Assembly (NCBI GenBank): GCA_951406725.2
Contig: OX597827.1
Coordinates: forward strand, 5,828,001-5,892,000
DNA from: Octopus vulgaris
Taxonomy: Eukaryota
Direction: 5' to 3'
DNA length: 64,000 nt
The stretch's first letter is position 1; each line of letters opens with the position of its first letter. Below the pieces are notes generated by a model. The model was not told where the DNA came from. It made no database searches and saw only the letters and a list, made by a program, of their open reading frames with translations. Below, piece by piece: positions 53,666-64,000 of this stretch. Position numbers and translations under genes: made by a program.

Positions 53666-54604
53666 TTATATACATACATATATATGTATACATATATATA
53701 TATATGTATATATGTACAAAATTATTTCCCTTCAATTTACACATGTGTATATATGATTGTATATATGTATGTATGTATTTATATATAATTAAATTTTGCA
53801 ATATGCTCAATGCTACATCTTATTAATGCTAGTATTATGATAATGCTCAATATCGTGAGAGAGAAGTAATTAAACTCTATGTTCAGTAAATATATATATA
53901 AATATTATTGAAAACAACACAACATATATGTAAATTATATTGCAGTAAATATATCTTATTTCTTTACTGCCCACAAGGGGCTACACACAGAGGGGACAAA
54001 CAAGGACAGACAAACAAATTAAGTCAATTATATATCGACCCCAGTGTGTAACTGGTACTTAATTTATCGACCCCAAAAGGATGAAAGGCAAAGTCGACCT
54101 CGGCGGAATTTGAACTCAGAACGTAACAGCAGACGAAATACGGCTACGCATTTTGCCCGGCGTGCTAATATTTCTGCCAGCTCGCCGCCTTTCCTCCACA
54201 AACACACATTCCATTAAGGTAGGTCTCACGGAGATTCCTCATGATACATCAAATGTGACAAGGCTGGACCTTAGAACTACAGATTTTTGCCAGCTGAGCT
54301 AACTGGAGCAATGTAGCATAAAACATCTTGCTCAAGGACGCTATGCACTGCTGGAAATTAAACTGATGGCATTATGATCCTGAGCCAAATACACTAACCA
54401 TTAAGCCATGCTTCCAGCATAGTTGCTAAGCAACTACTATATTTAGTAGTAATACTAGCTTCGAAATAAAGAGGAAAGGTAGGAGGAAGTGAAGTAAACA
54501 CAAATTTATAATCCTAGTTCTTATGTATATTTTTTTCCAACATGGTTGCATGGAACCCTACATTGGATGTTCCATGTGCACTTAGATGCCTAACTAGAAT
54601 GGAT

Positions 54605-54606
54605 CC

Positions 54607-54638
<32 letters not shown>

Positions 54639-54940
54639 TACATACATACATACATACATACATACATACATAGATTCCTACATACATACATACATACATA
54701 GATTCCTACATACATACATACATACATACATACATACATACATAGATTCCTACATACATACATACATACATAGATTCCTACATACATACCTACATACATA
54801 CATACATACATGCACGCACGCACGCACGCACACATACATACATACATACATACATAGATTCCTACATACATACATACATACATACATACATACATAGATA
54901 CATACATACATACATACATACATACATGCATGCATGCATA
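54605..54940. repeat. (CATA)n with recurring gattccta spacer
   Basis: tagattcctacatac occurs 5 times. Confidence 0.9.
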
Positions 54941-55002
54941 CATTTGGAAACAGGTGAGGGTTGATGACAGGAACAGCTTCCATCCGTGGGAAATCTGCCT
55001 AA

Positions 55003-55762
55003 ATAAACTCCATCCAATCCATGAAAGTATGGACAGCTGAGGATGATGACAGCCATCCATCCATACAGTATATACATTCAAATTTATCTCTACAGATTTT
55101 ATATAGAATTCAGAGCCGGCACTGAAAGTCACGGCATTTTGTATATGGATACCTTTATTAAGCAATGCACTTGAAGCTGGAGATAAAACATGTATTGAGT
55201 GCATATCCATATTTCGAGACTTATTGCTCTTTCATCAGTGCCACATCCAATCCATCAACTATCCATGAATGCATTACTTCTATATTCACTATGTTTAGAG
55301 GTGTAGCACTACTGGATTGACCAATTTACATATTAAACACATACCTGGCAGCTGGTACATAAATATTAATTGCTAATGAGAACACGGCATTTTGATTTGC
55401 AACCATAAATACTACCAAGTATATTAAAGGTTTATGAGTCAATATTGTGCCTTACTTTTATGTATTAATAGTGAAATTTTCACATTATTTAGTTTATATA
55501 TTTTCTATGGAGTTTAGAGCCAGCGCTGAAAGTTACAAAGTTTCGTTCATGAATATGTCTACGTAAACAATGCAATAAAAGAAGGAGAAAATATAGGTGA
55601 TGGTTGTATATGCATATTTCGAGAGTTATTTCTCTTTCATCAGCACCACATCCAACCAGTCAGCTTGTGGGTATTTAAGCAACATGCCTGTATATAGTTG
55701 ATGGGTTGGATATGCTACTGATGGAAAAGTAATAATGGTTGAAATATACATATACACCCATT

Positions 55763-55819
<57 letters not shown>

Positions 55820-56010
55820 AAGAGAGGAGATAGATAGGTTGCTAGATATGCAGCCTTTCCATTTATGTTTCTTATTGCAAAATTGAAATGTTTTGTATAT
55901 ACCCTATTTGCCTCAAATTTAATTTAATTTAATATAATTGCATCATTTGCTTTTACACCCCCCCACACACACACACACACCATCATCATCATCACCACCA
56001 CCATCATCTT

Positions 56011-56041
<31 letters not shown>

Positions 56042-56755
56042 AGCACTCCATTCCATCTGATCAGATTTATCAACATTATTGTATATAACTAAACATACAT
56101 GATTTTTTTTTTTTCCTCTAATGATATTCAGTAACCTTTCACCTATAATAACTTTCTTATTACATATTAATGTAACTATTCAATGTCAACAAACCTACTT
56201 CTATGAATATTTTGACAGCTCATTAACTTATTCCCCTTATTCTGTGACCTTCGACAAACATAATAGAAATTTTGCCCATCCTCTTGTTACCATATTTCTA
56301 TTGAAATAAACTACTTCTATTTAAAATATATTTTTTTTAAATAACTTCTTTACTCTCATTTCTTTTGCTTATTTCCATTGTTGACTGAGGCCAGGCTGGG
56401 GCACCGGTTTGAAGGGATTAGTTAAATAAATCAATTTAAACTCCATCCAATCCATGAAAGTGTGAACAGCTGAGGATGATGACAGCCTTCCATCCATACA
56501 GTATATACATTTAAATTTATCTCTACAGATTTTCTATAGAATTCAGAGCCGGCACAGAAAGTCATGGCATTTTGCATATGGATACCATTATTAAGCAATG
56601 CACTTGAAGCTGGAGATAAAACAGGTATTGAGTGCATATCCATATTTCAAGACTTATTGCTCTTTCATCAGTGCCACATCCAATCCATCAACTATCCATG
56701 AATGCATTACTTCGATATTCACTATGTTTAGTGGTGTAACACTACTGGATTGACT
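55003..56755 (-). repeat. Cluster of hammerhead-bearing repeat units
   Basis: 55003-55322 is duplicated at 56438-56755; diverged copy 55500-55665; inverted fragment 55695-55760. Confidence 0.85.
55600..55652 (-). ncRNA. Minimal type-I hammerhead motif
   Basis: Minus strand gtggtg-CTGATGA-aa-gaga-aataac-tctc-GAAA-tatgcata-TA-caaccat; helix III palindrome ATATGCATAT. Sister motifs at 55197-55246(-), 56630-56680(-) and 55708-55760(+). Confidence 0.68.
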
Positions 56756-57644
56756 TAATTTTTAAGTGTAGTACATATTTCATTGGTCTCTTCTGCTGAG
56801 CCACAAAGTTACGAGGATGTAAATAAAACAATACCAGTTGTCAAGTAGTGATTCGCACAAATGCAAATACAGACATATAGTTATATAGATAGGCTTCCAC
56901 ACAGTTTTCATCTACCAAGACATTGGTTGGCCTGGGGCTGCCGAAGAAGCCATTTGCTCAAGGTACTGTTCGGTGGGAGTGAACACAAAATCTTGTGGTT
57001 GCAAAGTGAGTTTCTTAACCACACAGCCATGTGTGCACCTAATATAGGATCTATATCAAATAAGGCTTGAACACAAAATCTTGCAGTTCCCAGTCAAAGG
57101 TCGTACAACTGAGCTGGCAGAATTGTTAGCATTCTGGGCAAAATGCTTTACAGCATTTCTTCTCTCTTTACATTCTGAATTCAAATTCCACCGAGGGCAA
57201 CTTTGCCTTTCATCCTTTCAGGGTGAATAAATGAAGTACCAGTGAAACACTGGGGTCAATGCAATCAACTAGCTCCTTCCCCCAAAAATTTCAGGCCTCA
57301 TGCTTTTGGTAGAAGGAATTATTTTACTGGCGTTCAAATTAGTGACCTAGCAGAATCATTAGCATGCTGGGTAAAATGCTTAGAAGCATTTTGTGTCTTT
57401 ACAATCTGAGTTCAAATTCTGCCATGGTCAACTTTGCTTTCATCCATTCGAGGTCGATAATATAAGTACCAGTTTAGCTCTGGGGGTGATGTAATCGACT
57501 TACTCCTCTCCCGATCTAGCTGGTCTTGTGCCAAAATTCAGCACCATTATAATATTGGTGTTTAAAGCAGTGAGGTGGCACAATTGTTAGCACGTTGGAC
57601 AAAGTGTTAAGCAACATTTATCTGGCTTTGCGTTCTAAGTACTA

Positions 57645-57950
57645 ATTCTCTTGAAATCAACTAGGAAGAAAGAAACCAAGATCATAGATATTGCCATACT
57701 TGGAGACACATGAGTTAGTGACAAAGAGCTGGGAAAGACTGAAAAATACAAGCTACTAAATGACAAAATTGCATGAATGAGGGAAATTAAGAGAATAACT
57801 GTCATTCCAGTAGTTGTAGGAGCATTGAGAGCACCAAGAATCAGGTTTGAGAAATATGTTGGAGAAATTGAAATTGACACGAGAGTAGAGAACATGATCA
57901 GAAAACTGCTCCATTGAGGGCAGGGACGATTTTGAGATTGGTATTTGGAT
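57645..57950 (+). mobile_element. RLE-type (R4/Dong-like) non-LTR retrotransposon endonuclease remnant
   Basis: KKETKIIDIAILGDT*VSDKELGKTEKYKLLNDKIA*MREIKRITVIPVVVGALR (IID.A.PGD...KE..K..KY...VIPVVVGALG pattern). Confidence 0.82.
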
Positions 57951-59319
57951 ACTCTTTTACTTGTTTCAGTCATTTCACTGTGGCCATGCTGGAGCACCAC
58001 GTTTAGTCGGAGAAATCGACCCCAGGACTTATTCTTTGTAAGCCTAGTACTTATTCTATCGGTCTCTTTTGCCGAACCACTAAGTTACGGGGATGTAAAC
58101 ACACCAGCATTGATTGTCAATCATGATGTCAATGATGACAATAATGTTGATTATGATGATGATGATGATGTCAACGATGACAATAATGATGATGATGATG
58201 ATGAGGAGGAGGAGGAGGAGGCCAAACCTAACGCAGCTGATAGCGACGCAAACAATGATAAACAAGGATGACAAAAAGGAGAAAGAGGAGAATGAGGAGG
58301 ATGCGGGGAGCAGAGGAGTAAGATGTGGAGAGGGTAGGGATAACATTGAAGATTATGGTGATGATGATGATTAGTTATCTATGGCCAAATATCAAAGACA
58401 GACCTATATTAAATACAGTAATTACAGACAAAATAATAACTTAGCATTGAAACATAAATATTGGATTATTCTTAAAAGTAATAAACATAGATTTGATGAG
58501 ATGGTTTGAAAAATAATAAAAAAGATACATTTAGAATATTGTAGCAAATCTCTCAACTAAACACACACACACATATATGTGTGTGTGTGTGTGTTTTTTT
58601 TTTTTTTATATATATATATATACATATACACATGCAAACATACACACACATATATACATACAGACAATTGTATAGGTATTAAATTTCTTACTTATTTGCC
58701 AATACATACATATATATATATATGTTCTTTTATTTCATTATTCTTTTATTTGTTTCAGTCATTTGAATGTGGCCATGCTGGAGCACTGCCTTAAAGGGTT
58801 TTAGTCGATGAAATCGACCTCAGGAATAACTCTTTGGCCAAACCACTTAAGTTATAGGGACATAAACACACCAGCATCAGTTGTCAAGCAAAGGTGGGGG
58901 GACAAACGCAGACACATACATAAATACATACATATATATATTTATACACGCACACACATACATAAATAATATATATAAATACATGCATGCATATATATAT
59001 ATATTAGGTTTGAGGTGATGTACAGGTATTATATATTAGAAGAAATAAGGTACTCAGAAATCTGGATGGTTTTATATTTACAGATATTTATTAGTATGTC
59101 ACATGTTTTTATAAATAATATATTTTATAAATCATATATAGATGGATAGACAGATAGATAGATAGATATACAACAACTTTCCAATTCCATCTACCAAATC
59201 CATTCACAAGGCTTTGGTCGGCTTTGCCCAAGGTGCCACACAGTGAGACTGAACCCAGAAGCATGGGGTTGGGAGGCAATCTTCTTACCACACAGCCATG
59301 CCTGCACCAATATAATATA

Positions 59320-59712
59320 TAGTGCCGGTGGCACGTAAGAGAACCGTCCGAACGTGGCCGTTGCCAGCGCAGCTTCGACTGGCCTCCGTGCCGGTGGCAC
59401 GTAAAAAGCACCATCCGATTATGGTTGTTGGCAGCCTCGTCTGGCTCCCGTGCCGGTGGCACGTAAAAAGCACCATCCGATCGTGGTTGTTTGCCAGCCT
59501 CGTCTGGCGCCTGTGCAGGTGGCACATAAAAAGCACCCACTACACTCACAGAGTGGTTGGCATTAGGAAGGGCATCCAGCTGTAGAAACACTGCCAGATC
59601 AGACTGGGCCTGATGCAGCCTTCTGGCTTCCCAGACCCAAGTTGAACTGTCCAACACATGCTAGCATGGAGAACGGACGTTAAACGATGATGATGATGAT
59701 GATGATGATGAT
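59320..59712 (+). mobile_element. SINE family D with four ~55-65-bp tandem units
   Basis: gtgccggtggcacgtaaaaagcacc repeated, then ttggcattaggaagggcatccagc and a (GAT)n tail. Confidence 0.82.
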
Positions 59713-60269
59713 GGTAAAAGTGAATGTTTGTATGTATGTATGCTGTGTGCATGTGGACTTGTCGGTGTGTATGTGCACGTGTGTGTGTGTTTTTGTGTGT
59801 GTGTCTGTATGTGTGTGTGTGTGTAAGTGTGTGCATGCCATAGATTCAGTCTCCTGTTATGATCCCATTCAAATTTATAATACTTAATAGTAATACTAAA
59901 TTGACCCCATAAACTTAACGAGTATTGGTTTTATCAGCCCAGCCCAAGAAGGGATAAATGCAAAGATGAATCTAGATAGGGTTTGAAACTGTATGTTTGC
60001 TTGTGTGTGTGTGTCCGAGTATGCATGTGTGTTTGTTTGTGTGTGTTTGAGTATGCATGTGTGTTTGTTTGTGTGTGTTTTTATGTGTAAACAAACACGG
60101 AGTAGCGAATAATATGTTTTACTGAATTTTGAGTGAGTTTATTTGAAAAAGGACATTTGTTTATTAGTTGTAAGATTATAGCAATTCCCTTGGTGATTAG
60201 TTTCAAGAATAATAGGACGGGCGTCATCAGTGCCGTCGTCATCATCAATATCATGATTGTGGTCATCAT

Positions 60270-60273
60270 AGTC

Positions 60274-60316
<43 letters not shown>

Positions 60317-60370
60317 AGGTAGTAGTAGCAGCAGTAGCAGCAGCAGTAGTAGTAGTGGTAAGGTAGTAGC

Positions 60371-60468
<98 letters not shown>

Positions 60469-60487
60469 TAGTAGTAGCAGCAGCAGC

Positions 60488-60542
<55 letters not shown>

Positions 60543-60610
60543 AGGTAGTTGTGGTGGTGTTGTTGTTGGTGGTGGTGGTGGTTGTGGTGGTGGTAGCAGT
60601 AGTAGTGCAA
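60270..60610. repeat. (AGT)n/(AGC)n/(GGT)n trinucleotide tract
   Basis: Seen directly. Confidence 0.95.
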
Positions 60611-61137
60611 TGATTATATGTTAATAAAGAAACAACAGAGGAAGGAAAAAAGGAAATGAGAGGGAAAAAAACCTGCAGAAAACATGAGAAGAGAAAGAAG
60701 AAAAGTAGAAAGACAAAGAGAGAGAGTGAAAGATAGCTAGATAGAGAGAGATAGAGAGATAGAGAGAGTGACAGACTAACAGAGAGAGAAAGAGAAAGAC
60801 AGACAAAGACAAACAGAAAGAGAGAGAGAGAGACTGATAGCTAGATAGAAAGAGATAGAGAGAGATACAGACAGACGGACAGACAGAGATAAACAGAAAG
60901 AGAGAGAGAGAGAGAGAAGAAGAGAGAGAGACAGACAGACAAACAGGGTAAGAGAGAAAAAAATTTGTAAAAAAAAAAGGAAGTGAAGTATTGATTTTAG
61001 ATTTAGGCACAAGGTCCCTAATTTGGTGTGGGATGGGGGCAGAGGTGCAATTCTAAACCTGAGAGAAATTTCCCCAGCAGGGTAAAATTTCAGGATTCCT
61101 GTTAGGGGAATTGTTTCCAAGTTGAAAAAATTCGTTA

Positions 61138-61181
<44 letters not shown>

Positions 61182-62109
61182 TGCACGATTGTTTGCTTCA
61201 TTTATTTTTCCTTAATATTGATGGCAATCCATAATATTATTCTTCTTGTCACGGCAATGTTTGAGTGTTACCTGGCACCGAATTGAAGGTATTTAACACT
61301 CAAACTGAAACATGCTTGAGTGTCATGCTTTCGTGTGACCTTAACCGTGAAATGAAATTGAAGATGTAATCAAAATCATTAACACCAAAATGTTTAGAAG
61401 ATCTTTAAATTTCTGCATTAAAATTAGCAATAAGAACGTTTATAAAATGCAAAATTCCCATGGAACCTGCAAGTGTTAAATTACCATATTCGATGTGTGT
61501 ATGATGTGCTTTATTGATGATTAAATGTATAAAAAAAAATTGCCCTGCATCTAATGCAAGCATATTACAGATGACAGACCAAATGTCATAGACTAGGGAG
61601 TCAGATGAGTATAAGCCCTCTAGACACAATAATTGTTCACCACCATCACCACCACCACCATCATCCTCATCATCATCATCATCATCATCCTCATCATTAT
61701 CATCATTTAACGTCCATTTTCCATGCTAGCATGGGTTGGACAGTTTGACAGGAGCTGGGAAGCTGAAGAGCTGCTCAGGTCCCCATGTCTGTTTTGGCAT
61801 GGTTTCCACGGCTGGATGCTCTTCCTAACATCAACTACTTTACAGACTATTGGGTGCCTTTTATGTGGCACCAGCTTGGGTGCTTTTTATGTGGCACCAG
61901 CACCCATGAGCCTGCAAGATTAGGAATGCTCAGCAGAAGATGGATGCAGTGGGGTATGCTTTTATGGAAGGACAACAGTGTATTCATTTAGCTTGATGTG
62001 TCTTCTGAAGCACAGCAAACCCCTAGAATTCTTGGTCCCTTCTCATTCCCTCTGTGAAAACAAGCCAAATTATCACAGAATGTTAGCTTACTGTTTGCTG
62101 GTTACAGAT

Positions 62110-62450
62110 GGTACCTAGGTATCTTGTACAAAGAATATGTGGCAAATAAGCAAGTGAGGCTATTGGACCACACAATGATCTGCTGACAATTGTAATTACA
62201 AGGAGACTGAAACGGTGTGGCTATGTCACAAAAATGCCCTGATCTAGTAAAGACAATCTTGCAAGCTACAGTGAAAGGTGGCTGAGAGCAAGGCAGGCCA
62301 AAGAAAAGATGGTCTTGTAGCATCAAAGAGTGGACAGGCCTCAATTTTTCTGACTCACAGAAAGCAGTAGAAAACTGAGAGAAGTGGCAAAATCTGGTCG
62401 TGGAATCATCAGCCAATGCCCCCAATGACCACACAATCAAGGGACAGGAC
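62110..62450 (+). mobile_element. RTE-clade LINE 3' end
   Basis: IGPHNDLLTIVITRRLKRCGYV...KTILQATVKGG*EQGRPKKRWSCSIKEWTG. Confidence 0.85.
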
Positions 62451-62599
62451 ATGGCAGATTATACCTCCTTCTCCAGCACACATAACCCACCCCTGATATA
62501 TGTCTTCCATTATTTAATGACTTGTTACCTTTTAGAAACAGTTTTGAATTGTCTATTTGAAAAATCCTCATTGAAAGTTGAAAAGAATGTTAAGTTTTC

Positions 62600-63430
62600 A
62601 TCCATCTGTCAGCTATTTGCAACAAATGGATGTCAACAAAACCACAGTGATGGTAAACCATTCTAGTGGTTGATTGTAGCTACACAAAATATCACATCCA
62701 GAAAAACCAGTTTTGTATCCTGTAAGTCAATTTTCATGACTAAAATTGTGACATTGTAAACCCCTTTGTATCATCAGCACCTACTGTGGGGTTGCAAATA
62801 TTTCATCCCTTAATCTACACATTTTGTCTGAGTGTGGCAGTGAGAATCTCTAGAAGGGTTCCATCTGTGGTCTCTTGTCAATTACAGCCAATTTCAGATG
62901 GTTTCAGCTGCAATGTCTATCTCTTTGGTGGCTCGATTCAGGACTGGGTTCCAAACCAATCTGCTTCAGGGAATAATGTACTAAATCACTGACAAATTTG
63001 TACTGGTATTTTGTATGGTGTCAAGCTGGCAGAAATGTTAGCACGCCAGGTGAAATGCGTAGCCATATTTCGTCTGCCATTACGTTCAGAGTTCAAATTC
63101 CGCCGAGGTCGACTTTGCCTTTCATCCTTTCAGGGTCGATAAATTAAGTACCAGTTATGCACTGGGGTCGATGTAATCGACTTAATTCATTTGTCTGTCC
63201 TTGTTTGTCCCCTCTGTGTTTAGCCCCTTGTGGGTAGTAAAGAAATAGGTATTTTGTATGGTGTCACTGACAAACCTCTGTGGTTATTGTTTGAGATATT
63301 GACAATTCTGTATACAGATATCATTAACCTGTCTTCATCGTACCTAGGTATTATCCAACTAGAAAGCAATGGGCTGGACAAAATAGTTAACTGCATCACA
63401 TGATCGTCGTAAATGAGTATCACCATCACA
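62600..63430 (+). mobile_element. Highly degraded CR1/L2-type reverse transcriptase fossil, interrupted by a SINE
   Basis: Colinear frameshifted motifs QMDVNKTT..DG, FRTGFQT, ITDK and QLESNG resemble LDVNKATGPDG, GFR.G.ST and KLE.YG. Confidence 0.45.
63024..63248 (+). mobile_element. SINE family B with 19-bp TSD
   Basis: ggtattttgtatggtgtca at 63005-63023 and 63248-63266. Confidence 0.92.
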
Positions 63431-63695
63431 CAAGCAGTGTCCTTCATTTCCTGGGGAAGAAAAGATGTACAACATGTACAAGAAAACTGGGTGGTTGTGT
63501 TTGTTTGCATGCAGAAATCTAAGGAAAATAGATAAAGAATATGGCATTGTGTAGGTCAAGAATTTGGTGGAAGGATGTGGAGGAAAGGAGCCTGGTCTCA
63601 GGGTGTGGTTAAGAGTTTCAGTAATTAATGGAATTGGTACTATATGGCCTTGAGCATATGAATGGCATCAAGATGCTTTGGACTAAATCATAATA

Positions 63696-64000
63696 ATAAC
63701 AAGAGCACCCAGAGAGTGCAAACCTCTGCCAAGGCAACACCAAAGTCCTCTCAACGATTAGCCATAAATGATTTTTAAAATGAGAATATATGAAATAAAC
63801 TTGACTGCTCTCACAAATGAGAATACTAAAAATGAACCCAACCGCTCTCAAAAATTAAGTAAAAAACACTGGTAAAATGATCCTGAATTCTTGTCCGGTA
63901 CTGGATCGATCCCCAAATCTAATGAGTTCGTGCCAGTCATGAGGTAAAACATCCCTGAAAGTTTCATCCAAATCCATCCAGAAGTTTTTGAGATATCTTG
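63696..64000 (+). mobile_element. Helentron-associated (HINE/DINE-like) element, runs off the window
   Basis: aacaagagcac start and the aagtttcatccaaatccatccag...tttttgagatatc motif typical of such elements (from memory). Confidence 0.55.

Noticed and set aside
59320-59535. Repeat-spacer pattern resembling a CRISPR array
   Set aside because: Spacers are homologous to each other, the array lies inside a eukaryotic SINE, and there are no cas genes
60190-60235. Minus-strand CTGATGA...GAAA
   Set aside because: No helix II pairing; chance match beside a (TCA)n tract

Overview
AT-rich, repeat-saturated eukaryotic non-coding DNA (intergenic or deep intronic). The SINE families match those I recognise from Octopus (coleoid cephalopod) genomes; this is recognition, not a search result. 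No host protein-coding exon can be supported: nearly all listed ORFs are translations of (TA)n, (CA)n, (CATA)n or trinucleotide tracts, or of SINEs. The window holds many copies of at least four SINE-like families, 3' remnants of CR1/L2, RTE and RLE-type LINEs, Tc1/mariner transposase fossils, MITEs and non-autonomous Helitrons. Three things stand out. (1) About ten minimal type-I hammerhead-ribozyme-like motifs from roughly six unrelated sequence families, most with palindromic helix III as in Penelope pLTRs and retrozymes; they include a 405-bp-spaced pair, one motif inside a 36-bp-TIR element and a back-to-back pair. (2) A truncated Helitron fused to an inverted ~485-bp copy of its own neighbourhood, giving an A|TC...CTAG|T composite. 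(3) Several long fold-back palindromes, most next to microsatellites. All alignments and folds were done by eye and boundaries are approximate.
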